Of a stretch of 45,817 nt of DNA, positions 8,919-17,602 are shown piece after piece. The notes under the pieces were generated by a model. That model ran no database searches and was not told the DNA's origin. It saw only the letters and a list, made by a program, of their open reading frames with translations. Source of the DNA: a virus (lineage: Duplodnaviria > Caudoviricetes); the IMG/VR virus record IMGVR_UViG_3300044728_000254, positions 1-45,817 of that record. One strand, 5' to 3'. Every line of letters begins with the position of its first letter. Position 1 is the first letter of the stretch. A program made the position numbers and the translations under genes.

Positions 8919-11228
8919 TCATGGTGGCGTCCGCCCGTTCTGCCCCTGCCCATTGGCGCCCGCTTGGGGAGCGCCGGGTGCGCCCGCCGGATTGGGCCGC
9001 CCCGGCCCCGGAGATACAGGCGGGCTTCCCGCTCCCGCGGGCGCACCAGGAGCTCCCACCGGCGGAGCGGTACCGCCGGAGATCTGCATCAGGTAGGCGG
9101 AGACCTCCGCCTGCATGGCATGGGGCAGGAGCTGCTTGAGCCAGTGCCCGAACATGTGCTCCTTCATATGCACCCAGTGGGCCATGCCGATCTGTGGATC
9201 CTGGGCCACGGCGTCGCGGTACCTCGCCGTGGTGGTGAGCTGCTCGTGCTCACGGATATGGGCCGCGTCGTTGTCCCCGTAGGCCGCGCGAACCTTGGAA
9301 CGCTCCTGGGCGCTGGCCAGCAGCATCTCGTTTTCGCGGTGGGCGTTGCAGCGGTGCTCCGCCTCCTCGTCGGTCTCTGGGGGCAGCTGCTCGTTGATCC
9401 AGCGCAGCATGGTCGATCGATGGGCCTCGTTGGTGGGATCCATCAGGCCCATCTCCACCGAGCCCTTGATCAGATCCAGCACGTCCTGGGGCTCTCTGGC
9501 CTTGGTGAGCACACAGCGCACGTTGGCTGATTGCGGCCCGACCGGTGGGTGCTTCATCAGGCTCCGCCCTTTGAACGTCATGACCTCGTATTGCCCGTTC
9601 TGGCCGAGGAGTCCCAGGGTGCGCTCCTCGTCGTAGTACTGCCACATCAAGGCCACGATCTGGCTGCCCACCTCGCTGGCGGCGTCCTCCACCAGGGTTC
9701 GCGTGGCCACCTGGACCAGCTTGTCGCCGGATTTCATCAGCTCGGCATGCTTGCCCGACTGCTGGCTGTTCTCTGACTGCCCCATGGTGGAGCGGTGCAC
9801 GTTGGCGACGTCCTCCATGTCCCGGGTGTCCATCTGGTCCAGTTCGCCCATGTAGGCCGGCGGAGGCGGCAGCTCCAGGGCTTTGACCTTGGCGATGCCC
9901 TCGGCCTTCATGTGGATGACCTTGGGCCATTTGCTCATGGCGTCTTCGGGAAAGCCCGAGCCCGGCTCGACCAGGATCCGCGGGTCGATCGTCGCCCGCA
10001 GGTAGCCATTGAGCAGGGACCGGGTCTGGTTCTTGTTGCGCTGCAGGCTCATCAGGTCGCGGACGGCGCAGGTGGGCCGGAAGCTGTCCGGGTCGGGTAG
10101 CTCGGTGAAGCGCACGATGGGGATCCGCCCGTGTACGTAGGGGTGGGCGGTCTTCTTCAGCGCCGTGTTGCCGGCCACGATGCCCAGAAAGCCTTCGGGG
10201 CAGATGCCGTGCAGGCGCGGCCGCCACAGCTCGTGGGTGAGCACGTCTTCGCTCTCCCCGCCGGCGGTCTGGGAGTCCGTGTTGCGCATCCCGTAGTCGG
10301 CCTCGTAGCGGTTGTGCTCCCGGTACTTCTGGCCGGCGTCGGCGGCGATCTCCGCGGCCTTGGCCCCGTACCTCTGCCGCAGCCATTCCAGGGGCCGGAA
10401 GCGGGAGACCAGGATCCACCCCGCGTTGGTGATGTTCTTGCTGTGCTCGGGCTCGGTCACGTCGAACCCGGTGATCCACTCCGCGTCGATCTCCCCGCGC
10501 GGCAGGACGATACCCCCGTTCTTGAGCTTCACTTTAGAGGGGTCCACCTTCCGTTTGCCGGCTACCATCTGCTTGAGGCGATCGGTCCAGGCGGCCTTCA
10601 TGGCCGGGTCCTGGGGATCCTCGCCGGGCTGCTTCATCATGCCGGCGCTGAACCAGTCCTCGCCGCCGGCGAAGGGATCGTAGGTCAGGCGACAGAAGGA
10701 GACGCCGGTGCAAAACATGGTCCAGAAGCCTTCCAGCAGTCGCGTCTGCCCCTGCAGGTGCGATGCGCCGAAATAGTGGCGGACCAGTTTGGAGAGCGTG
10801 CGGCTGTTGGCCACGTCGTCGTTGTCGTTGGTCTGGGGATAGACCTGGAAGGTGATCGGCCCGCCCAGGACCATACCCAGGTAGGCCAGAACGAATCCGC
10901 GAAGTTTGTTGATGATCACCGGCTCGCGCTGTTCGAGGGGGACGTCCATATCGCCGCCCTCGTCCACGAGGCTGCGACTGGCGTTGCTCCAGATCAGATG
11001 CTGGTTGCCCTTGACCCAGGCGAGCTGCACGGCGGCGTCGCGCTCCCATTCGTAGCGCCGGGCCTTGCCGTTGGCGTACTGGTGGGTGACGAAGGCGATC
11101 AGGGCGTCATCGGAGACCTGTTCGGGATCGGTCCAGTCGATGCGGTGTGCGGCCATGGCCCCGGCGCCGTCTGCATCCTGCATCCGGGCCTGAATCTCGT
11201 CGGGCACGTGCTCGCGTATGGCCGCCAT
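8919..11228 (-). CDS. Portal protein
   Basis: 769 aa; AWVKGNQH, PVIINKLR, HPYVHGRIP, DLMSLQRNKN, DNDAAHIREH motifs, Pro/Gly tail. Confidence 0.9.
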   Translation of the reverse strand: MAAIREHVPDEIQARMQDADGAGAMAAHRIDWTDPEQVSDDALIAFVTHQYANGKARRYEWERDAAVQLAWVKGNQHLIWSNASRSLVDEGGDMDVPLEQREPVIINKLRGFVLAYLGMVLGGPITFQVYPQTNDNDDVANSRTLSKLVRHYFGASHLQGQTRLLEGFWTMFCTGVSFCRLTYDPFAGGEDWFSAGMMKQPGEDPQDPAMKAAWTDRLKQMVAGKRKVDPSKVKLKNGGIVLPRGEIDAEWITGFDVTEPEHSKNITNAGWILVSRFRPLEWLRQRYGAKAAEIAADAGQKYREHNRYEADYGMRNTDSQTAGGESEDVLTHELWRPRLHGICPEGFLGIVAGNTALKKTAHPYVHGRIPIVRFTELPDPDSFRPTCAVRDLMSLQRNKNQTRSLLNGYLRATIDPRILVEPGSGFPEDAMSKWPKVIHMKAEGIAKVKALELPPPPAYMGELDQMDTRDMEDVANVHRSTMGQSENSQQSGKHAELMKSGDKLVQVATRTLVEDAASEVGSQIVALMWQYYDEERTLGLLGQNGQYEVMTFKGRSLMKHPPVGPQSANVRCVLTKAREPQDVLDLIKGSVEMGLMDPTNEAHRSTMLRWINEQLPPETDEEAEHRCNAHRENEMLLASAQERSKVRAAYGDNDAAHIREHEQLTTTARYRDAVAQDPQIGMAHWVHMKEHMFGHWLKQLLPHAMQAEVSAYLMQISGGTAPPVGAPGAPAGAGSPPVSPGPGRPNPAGAPGAPQAGANGQGQNGRTPP

Positions 11229-11317
11229 CCTTGGCTCACCCCGTTCATCCTTGAACGTTTACGGGGGCCAGGTCCAGGTCGCGAACGTGGGTCTGGCCCC
11301 CTTCTGGTTTTAGACGG

Positions 11318-11542
11318 TCAGATCAGCCCGTTGAGGGCGATGGCTGCGTTGGCGTCCATACGCGCCTCGCGAAGCTTCCGCATGGCGGTCGAACGATCCG
11401 CACACTGCGGGCAGTTGTCTAAGATCGCCTGCCCCAGGGCGATGGTGGCCTTCTGCACCGCGGCGAACTTCGGAACCATGTCCGGAGTCGGCGAGTGATA
11501 GGTCATTACCTCAGTCAGATTTCCGCCCTCTACTTGTCCCAT
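11318..11542 (-). CDS. Acb2/Tad1-like helical-hairpin protein (putative immune-signal sponge)
   Basis: TYHSPT...ILDNCPQCADRSTAMRKLREARMDANAAIA matches family pattern TYH.P...CP.S.ERS.A.TKL.E..M.ANAAIA; GGAAAGG RBS. Confidence 0.7.
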   Translation of the reverse strand: MGQVEGGNLTEVMTYHSPTPDMVPKFAAVQKATIALGQAILDNCPQCADRSTAMRKLREARMDANAAIALNGLI

Positions 11543-11611
11543 TCGGTCAACCTTTCCAGTTCAGCACGCTGCCTTTTATGCTGGTATTTATTCAGCGATT
11601 TTATTCAGTGC

Positions 11612-11923
11612 TCACTTCGGGGGCCACGGCCCGGGTTGCGGAATCCGCTGTTCCAGCTGCACGATCAGATCCTGCAGGTTTGAGACCCGCTCCTGGAGCT
11701 GGTCGATCTTCCGGGCGGAGGCCTCCCACATCTGCCCCCATTGATCGATGCATTGTCGGGCTTCCTGGGCACAACAGCCGCTCACGACGACTGGTGGCTT
11801 GCCGGGCACGCAGCAACCGGCGACGAGGGCCAGGGCGACCAGTCCCCACAGCGATCCAAGGCCCGTTCGCCGGGCCGATACACCTGGGCCTCCCGGAACT
11901 CCTGGTGTTTGATTTTTTCGCAT
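11612..11923 (-). CDS. Lipoprotein with coiled coil (spanin-like)
   Basis: Hydrophobic segment ending LALVAG|C, coiled coil, Pro-rich end; start at MRKNQ. Confidence 0.55.
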   Translation of the reverse strand: MRKNQTPGVPGGPGVSARRTGLGSLWGLVALALVAGCCVPGKPPVVVSGCCAQEARQCIDQWGQMWEASARKIDQLQERVSNLQDLIVQLEQRIPQPGPWPPK

Positions 11924-12135
11924 AACTCGATCCCTTCTGCGCTCAGGCGGAAGCACACCAGGCGGATCAGCTCCGCCAGGCTGTCCACCTCCATTTTCCG
12001 CATCACCTTGGCCCGGTGATGTTCCACCGTCTTGCCGCACAGGCCCAGCCGCAGGGCCGTCACCTTGTTGGACTGTCCTGCGAACATGGCCCCGAGCAGT
12101 TGCCGCTCCCGCCGGGTCAGCCGCTCCAGATTCAT
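11782..12135 (-). CDS. Orphan LuxR-type (FixJ-like) HTH regulator
   Basis: LTRRERQLL...GQSNK..ALRLGL..KTVEHHRAKVMRKMEVDSLAELIRL is a FixJ-type C-terminal HTH; no receiver domain. Confidence 0.85.
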   Translation of the reverse strand: MNLERLTRRERQLLGAMFAGQSNKVTALRLGLCGKTVEHHRAKVMRKMEVDSLAELIRLVCFRLSAEGIELCEKIKHQEFREAQVYRPGERALDRCGDWSPWPSSPVAACPASHQSS

Positions 12136-12142
12136 CACCCGC

Positions 12143-12349
12143 TCAGGATGTGGCAGGGACGGGAACCACTCCGTCCACTGGGAATCGCCGGCGTCCACAG
12201 TACTCGCTCCACAGGGCCCGGATCATGTCCCGATCGTCCGCGTCCAGCGCCTGGTCTCCGGCCCGCAGGGCCAGCAGCTGCCGCTTCCAGAACGACGGCA
12301 GCCGGGAACCCAGCAGATCCCCAATCAGGGTTGCGTCTTCGCTCAGCAC
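12143..12349 (-). CDS. Hypothetical protein
   Basis: GTG start overlapping upstream stop; MLSEDATLIGDLLGSRLPSFWKRQLLALR... Confidence 0.5.
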   Translation of the reverse strand: MLSEDATLIGDLLGSRLPSFWKRQLLALRAGDQALDADDRDMIRALWSEYCGRRRFPVDGVVPVPATS

Positions 12350-12858
12350 TTGGGCTTTTTGCCGCCCTTGCTCCCCTTCTTGGTCTTGCCCCCAACTCCC
12401 TTGGCCGGCGGGCGCCTGTCCTTCAGGTTGGCCGCCTGCGTCTCCCGATTGGCTTCCGGCTTCATCGCTCCCACGGTCGCACTCCTTATCGTAATCGGTT
12501 CCAAGGCGGCCTTGGCCGCCCACTCATTGTGCTCGCACAGCGTATTGTACGAGTCCAGGCTCAGCAGCGCGTGCGGCGCTCCGCACGCGGTACACAGCAG
12601 ATTCGAGACCGTCATCCTGCCGCAGCGGCCACAGGGCAGTAGCCGCTCTGCCAGGGGATCACCGCTGGATCGGCGGTCTACCCGGTCCGCGGTTCTGGAT
12701 CCCCGGCCGGTTCGCTCCTGGAGCCGCCACTGGCGCCGGGGCTTTCGGCTGCTCCGCGGCGGCCGGTTTTGGATTGGGCTTCGGGCCCGGCGGCGCATCG
12801 GGATCGGGCGCTGCCGGCGGCGGAATGGAGGCCGTCGCCACCATGGGCCCGTCCCCAT
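12343..12858 (-). CDS. Zn-ribbon protein with basic tail (start uncertain, probably shorter)
   Basis: CGRC...CTAC pair; Lys-rich C-terminus. Confidence 0.5.
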   Translation of the reverse strand: MGTGPWWRRPPFRRRQRPIPMRRRARSPIQNRPPRSSRKPRRQWRLQERTGRGSRTADRVDRRSSGDPLAERLLPCGRCGRMTVSNLLCTACGAPHALLSLDSYNTLCEHNEWAAKAALEPITIRSATVGAMKPEANRETQAANLKDRRPPAKGVGGKTKKGSKGGKKPKC

Positions 12859-13003
12859 CCTGGCTGATCGACTCCTTGGCCGCCGCCCCGATCTGACCCA
12901 CCTGGGTCACCAGGCTCTTGGCCAGGGAGTCCAGCTTTTGGAGAAGCTCGGGCGGCGGATCATTGAGCCACGAGCCCTTGATCGTGATCGTGAAATTCTT
13001 CAT
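12659..13003 (-). CDS. Hypothetical protein, Pro/Ala-rich tail
   Basis: AAAGGA RBS; ordered N-terminus MKNFTITIKG. Confidence 0.6.
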   Translation of the reverse strand: MKNFTITIKGSWLNDPPPELLQKLDSLAKSLVTQVGQIGAAAKESISQDGDGPMVATASIPPPAAPDPDAPPGPKPNPKPAAAEQPKAPAPVAAPGANRPGIQNRGPGRPPIQR

Positions 13004-13016
13004 GGGATCGGTCCTT

Positions 13017-13556
13017 TCAAACCATGCGACAGACGCCTCTCACCGTGGGATCGTCCGCAATGTTCTGCGGAGACAAGAAACCGCGGTCGTCGTACTTGAA
13101 CCCCTTGCCCGCGGACCGGAAGCACTGATCCACGAACTCCGAACAGGTGGGCCGGGAAAACTGCTGCGGCTTGTAGCGCCGGAACCCCAGGGCGATCTCC
13201 ACCACATGGCGCAGGCCGTAGGGCGAAGGGAAGTTGTCCAGGGCGTAGCGGTGCATGAGCTGCAGTCGCTCCGGGGTGACCCAGTCGCTGCGAGCCAGGA
13301 CCGCCCCGTCGGTGGACTCCGCGACTTTTTCGAGCAGGGGAACCCGCGTGCGGTGCGGCTTGCTGGCCTCGTGCACCACCAGCAATTCGCCCTCCCAGAA
13401 GGCGATGCTCACGTGCGACCACTGCGAGCGGGTCACGCGGCGGATGCACCAGGCGATGAACCCCTTTCGCGAAAAAAAAAGCAGGTCGCCGTCCCGGACG
13501 TCCTCCAGGGCGGCGCCCGCAGTCTTCGACGGCAGGTAATCGGCGATGGCCATCAC
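13017..13556 (-). CDS. Permuted papain-like NlpC/P60 enzyme (YiiX/YaeF-like)
   Basis: GDLLFF...IRRVTRSQWSHVSI (catalytic His) precedes TCSEFV (catalytic Cys). Confidence 0.85.
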   Translation of the reverse strand: MMAIADYLPSKTAGAALEDVRDGDLLFFSRKGFIAWCIRRVTRSQWSHVSIAFWEGELLVVHEASKPHRTRVPLLEKVAESTDGAVLARSDWVTPERLQLMHRYALDNFPSPYGLRHVVEIALGFRRYKPQQFSRPTCSEFVDQCFRSAGKGFKYDDRGFLSPQNIADDPTVRGVCRMV

Positions 13557-14230
13557 GGAGTCACCGGAGGAGTTACCGCCACGGGAACCGGGCGGGGGAC
13601 GATCCCCGCCTGCATGAGCAGCTCCAGGATCCGGGGGTCGACGCCGGCCAACAACGCTGGATCGACCGGCGGCGCCTGCGGCGGCCTGGGTCCTGGCGTA
13701 AAGGCCGCGGCCAAAAGAGGCGCGACGCTTTGAAAGGCCCCGGCGTAGATTTTCAGCTTCTCGATTTCGGCGTTGCTCACGATCTGCTGCTGGGCGAGCA
13801 CCAGCTGCTGATCACCCAGCCGGCCCGGCGTCATGGCGGTGATCACGTTGCCCTGGGCGTCGAGGATGGCGGGAATGCCGGTACTCTCGAACTTGGCGTG
13901 GTAATTGATCCGCTGCTCCTCGGGGAAATGGTTGATGTCCAATTCCCCCTTGGTGTCGGCGCCCGCCTTGAACCAGAACCGATCGTCCTTCCGCCCCCGG
14001 CTGTGTATGCTGGTGCTCTTTTCGAACTCTAGATTGGGCTGCCGCTGCATCTGCCCCACCATGGCGTCCGCCGTCATGGGCTTGATCACCGCCGAGCAGC
14101 CAGCCAGAGAGAAGCAGCACCAGGAGATCACCCCGAAGAGGAGAACATAAAACAACCACCCCCACAAAATCGATCGGGGGGGCAGCGGAGGCGGGGGCTG
14201 GTCGTGGAGCATGTCTTCAGGGGTCAACAT
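13553..14230 (-). CDS. Membrane-anchored lipoprotein
   Basis: Hydrophobic helix then lipobox LAG|C; Pro-rich C-terminus; coupled to terminase stop. Confidence 0.6.
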   Translation of the reverse strand: MLTPEDMLHDQPPPPLPPRSILWGWLFYVLLFGVISWCCFSLAGCSAVIKPMTADAMVGQMQRQPNLEFEKSTSIHSRGRKDDRFWFKAGADTKGELDINHFPEEQRINYHAKFESTGIPAILDAQGNVITAMTPGRLGDQQLVLAQQQIVSNAEIEKLKIYAGAFQSVAPLLAAAFTPGPRPPQAPPVDPALLAGVDPRILELLMQAGIVPRPVPVAVTPPVTP

Positions 14231-15972
14231 CAGAAACGGTCCTTTCGGCGCTGGGCGGCCATCAGGCGACGTGCGTACTGGGCGAGCGACCGGTCCTCAA
14301 GGCCACTGGTGGCCGACATCCCTGTTTGTGCTAGCACCCTCATGGCCAGCCGCTCGCGGGTGACCCGCATGATCTTGTCCACGTTTCTCGATCCGTCGAT
14401 CAACGCGGACACCTGCCGGATCCCCTCCAGTGTCTCCGTGAGCGGGCGGTCCGTCAATAACTTTCCTTCCTGTTTTCGTGAGATCACCTTGTGTCCCACG
14501 CAGGGGATGTCGTTGGCGCAGTAGGTCGAGATGGCCTTGGCCCACGATCGGTCGGCCACGGTCCCCTGGTAGGTCTCGCCGTCGCCGGGCCACCAGACGG
14601 CCCGCACGTCGTCAGGGGCCTCCTCCCAGCCGCTCATGCGGTGAATCATTTCGATCTCGTTCATGATGTTCCACCCCTTGGCGACGCTGTTGACCTCGTA
14701 GTGCTCACGGTACACCCAGACCAGGCCGGTGAGGTGAAAGGTGGTGATCGCGTAGCGCACGGCGTCGCAGGTGTGATCGTCGCGCTTCAGGGGCTTTTGT
14801 TCCTTGTCCTCCTCGATGTCCTCGTCCCAGCGGTAGGCGAAAAACTCCCGGATGGTGTTGGGGCACTTGGGGGAGACCAGGAAGGCCGAGGGCCCGGGGA
14901 TGTACACCAGCCAGAGCACCACGAAAGGCGACTCCACCGAGCCCCAGTCGATGGCCCGGTAGCGGACCGCGTTGAGTGGCAGGTCGGGGATGTCGCCCAC
15001 GTTCAGTTCGCGGCGGAACAGCGGGTAGATGCGCCCCGCGGCGTACTCCCAGGCCTCCTGGGGATTCTCCGGATGCTCCTGCTTGATGGCCACCGGGCTG
15101 ATGGCGTCGAGCTTCTCCTTCTCGCGGGCGTACCACTCCGGCGTGCGGCCCTTCCGCTTGCTCCAGTGGATGAAGATCGGCTTGAACCCGTTGGGGCCGC
15201 GGCCGTCGGGGCGGAGCAGCTCGCCGTCGTCGCCGTAGCTTCCCCGCCAGGACTCGTAGAAGTACCCCTGGGGGCCCGCGGAGCTGCTCAGGGCCACGAT
15301 CTGCCCGCCGGCGGACTCCACCCCGGGCTGGATGGCGGTCATGGTCTTGTCCAACTCGGGGATGCGGCTGGCCTCATCCAGGATGGCCAGGTCCACGGTC
15401 ATACTGCGGCCGGCCTTCTGGCCCCCGACGATCGCCCGAACCAGGATCTTGTTGGGCGCCGCCTTCAGCTCGATCGATTCCTTGTTGTTGGTGGTGATGT
15501 CCTTCTGCAGCCAGGGGGGCAGGCGGTCGATGGTGTCCTTCACCCGCGTGATGAAGTCCTGGGCGTATTCCTTCTGCTGGTTGACGATGATGCAGGTGAG
15601 CCGCCGGCGGTAGGTGATCAGCCAGACCACGTAGGCGACCAGCAGCCAGGTGAGCCCCAGCTGCCGGCCCTTGAGCAGCACCAGCCAGGCGCCCTTGACC
15701 AGGTCGGGCACCACTTCCCGCTGACCCTCGAACAGGTCCATGGGCACTTCGAGGCGGGCTTTCTGATCGTAGATGATGACGAACTTGTCACAGAAGCGTT
15801 CGAAGCCGGCGGCGCCGCGGCAGGGATGGCAGGCCCAGTATTCTTCGGCGGTGGCGTCGGTGAGCGTGCGGGCGGTGAGGGCGAAGGATTCGCCGAGTAG
15901 GATCTCCGCCGTGGCTGTGATCTGCGTGGCGAGGGGATTTTTACAGAGGGTGGTGTTCCACGGGAAGGGCAT
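14230..15972 (-). CDS. terL: Terminase large subunit
   Basis: Walker A LKGRQLGLTW, Walker B LAILDEAS, motif III SSSAG, nuclease IDWG and DDHTCDAVRY. Confidence 0.93.
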   Translation of the reverse strand: MPFPWNTTLCKNPLATQITATAEILLGESFALTARTLTDATAEEYWACHPCRGAAGFERFCDKFVIIYDQKARLEVPMDLFEGQREVVPDLVKGAWLVLLKGRQLGLTWLLVAYVVWLITYRRRLTCIIVNQQKEYAQDFITRVKDTIDRLPPWLQKDITTNNKESIELKAAPNKILVRAIVGGQKAGRSMTVDLAILDEASRIPELDKTMTAIQPGVESAGGQIVALSSSAGPQGYFYESWRGSYGDDGELLRPDGRGPNGFKPIFIHWSKRKGRTPEWYAREKEKLDAISPVAIKQEHPENPQEAWEYAAGRIYPLFRRELNVGDIPDLPLNAVRYRAIDWGSVESPFVVLWLVYIPGPSAFLVSPKCPNTIREFFAYRWDEDIEEDKEQKPLKRDDHTCDAVRYAITTFHLTGLVWVYREHYEVNSVAKGWNIMNEIEMIHRMSGWEEAPDDVRAVWWPGDGETYQGTVADRSWAKAISTYCANDIPCVGHKVISRKQEGKLLTDRPLTETLEGIRQVSALIDGSRNVDKIMRVTRERLAMRVLAQTGMSATSGLEDRSLAQYARRLMAAQRRKDRF

Positions 15973-16258
15973 CCGTGCCGTCGTCTTCTACCTCGATCGG
16001 GTAATTGAGGTTGTGACCGGGATCCACTAACTGAAAGTTCATCCCCCAGCAATCATTCTCCGATCGAGCGCGATCCATCACGCAAGCCCGGCAAAACAAG
16101 GTGAGGACGAACCCCTTCACAAAACATTGGATGGGCGCAGCGCTGCCGCCGTGCTCGTTGCAGCCCATGGCCCTCCCCAGACGGTCATGGTCAATATTGC
16201 AGGCAGGGTCTCCGCAGGCAGGGCCAAAGCTTTGGGGATTACAGATGTCCAACTTCAT
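15941..16258 (-). CDS. Cys-rich hypothetical protein
   Basis: CGDPAC, CNEH, CRAC motifs; ATGA coupling. Confidence 0.55.
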   Translation of the reverse strand: MKLDICNPQSFGPACGDPACNIDHDRLGRAMGCNEHGGSAAPIQCFVKGFVLTLFCRACVMDRARSENDCWGMNFQLVDPGHNLNYPIEVEDDGTDALPVEHHPL

Positions 16259-16566
16259 GGTGCCGCCTTTCGCGCGAATTCCAGGGCCTGCTTCGCCTCC
16301 AACTTATGACGCGTCGTCATTTCGGTGCACTTGGCGGCGATGTCACCCAAGCAATCGGCTTCAAAGATCGTGCCCCAGTCTGGTTGAAATGCGTACTTCC
16401 GCCATGGGGCATACCATTTGATGTGGCCGAGGGGGCTATCGTCCATACTTTTCACGGCGACGATCTTGGTCTTACCCGACGGCGATGCGCCTACCACGTC
16501 GAAGGTGATCCATCGCGCCCCAACGCCCCCGCCCCCGGATAGCTCGCTCTCATGTGGCTCGTTCAC
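16255..16566 (-). CDS. Conserved phage hypothetical protein
   Basis: LGHIKWYAPWRKYAFQP..GTIFEADCLGDIA pattern recurrent in phage ORFs. Confidence 0.7.
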   Translation of the reverse strand: MNEPHESELSGGGGVGARWITFDVVGASPSGKTKIVAVKSMDDSPLGHIKWYAPWRKYAFQPDWGTIFEADCLGDIAAKCTEMTTRHKLEAKQALEFARKAAP

Positions 16567-16943
16567 GCGTCCGCCTTTCGCAACGCATCGGCCACGATGT
16601 TGTTGGGCATGTTGTACAGATCATCAGCCTCGGGGTCGTACCACAGGAATCGCAAGCCCAGCAGAGTCAGAGCCAGGGCCACCTCATCCAAGCTGCCCCG
16701 GCTCTGGGTCCAGCGGTTCACCAGGATGATCACCGTGCACTTGCGGACCATCACCAGGTCCCCGGCCAGGATGGTTTCGTCGGGCACCACCCCGCCCATG
16801 TGGGCGGTGTTGAGGTGCGGGCAGATCACGGCCAGGCCCCGGCGCCACCCGGCGGCCGCGGCCTTCCTGGCGTTCTCGATGTTCGTCAACACCTCAAATT
16901 CTATGGGCGCCCGGTAGGGCCCGATCACGTAGGCTAGCTCCAT
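16563..16943 (-). CDS. Nucleoside 2-deoxyribosyltransferase-like protein (DUF4406/DUF1937-like)
   Basis: YVIGPYRA...NIENA...ICPHLNT...RWTQSRGSLDE; AAAGGA RBS before MELAY. Confidence 0.8.
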   Translation of the reverse strand: MELAYVIGPYRAPIEFEVLTNIENARKAAAAGWRRGLAVICPHLNTAHMGGVVPDETILAGDLVMVRKCTVIILVNRWTQSRGSLDEVALALTLLGLRFLWYDPEADDLYNMPNNIVADALRKADA

Positions 16944-17083
16944 TTCAGTTCCTTTCCCGCCGTCGCTCCTGCAAGTCTTGGATCTGCTCGGCCGGCGTGA
17001 CCAGCGAAATGCTCCCATCCAACAGCTCTGGCATGATGCATTGCATGACACCGGCGAAGCGCCCATGTCGTACTTTTATTCGC

Positions 17084-17602
17084 TCATGGCCGGGGTCCCG
17101 TGTGATACTTCTGCCAGGCACGCAGCTGCAGGGGCCAGGGATAGGTCGAAATCCATGTCTCCGTGTTCGGATCCACCTCGTTTAGGGGGCCGCTGGGACA
17201 GCTGTGCTGCATGCGGTACACGCGGGTAAAGGCCCCATCCATCGTGCGGCAATGCTCCAGGGGAACGGCCACCGTCGCCGAGGGCACCTTGAAGTTGCCC
17301 GACCAGGCGGACCAGTCGAACAGGTCGATGTCCCCGTCCGAATCATGGTCGCAGCTCAGCAGGGCCGCGTCCCAGTCCGTGACCTTACCGTCCCTGTCGA
17401 CATCAACATGAAACCCGCTCGGCGCCGCGCGATCACGGGCCAGGGCGTCTGCCTTGCGGATGTACCGGGTCACAGGTCCGTCCTTTCCCACCTCCCGCGG
17501 CCGGCGATTCAGGGGCCAGCGGGGAGCGAAGGAGTACGCTGCCGTGACCATCAGCACGGCCGTCAGCAGGCCCAGGTAGGAACTCCAATGCGGCCGTCTC
17601 AT
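17084..17602 (-). CDS. Secreted/membrane protein with two dockerin/EF-hand-like Ca-binding loops
   Basis: N-terminal hydrophobic helix; DVDRDGKVTDWD and DHDSDGDIDLFDW. Confidence 0.65.
   Translation of the reverse strand: MRRPHWSSYLGLLTAVLMVTAAYSFAPRWPLNRRPREVGKDGPVTRYIRKADALARDRAAPSGFHVDVDRDGKVTDWDAALLSCDHDSDGDIDLFDWSAWSGNFKVPSATVAVPLEHCRTMDGAFTRVYRMQHSCPSGPLNEVDPNTETWISTYPWPLQLRAWQKYHTGPRP

Noticed and set aside
8861-9046. N-terminal extension of scaffold ORF in ORF track
   Set aside because: Overlaps portal C-terminus; strong RBS supports start at 8860
15953-15968. Second parS-like site (TGTTCCACGGGAAGGG)
   Set aside because: Only one half matches; not palindromic
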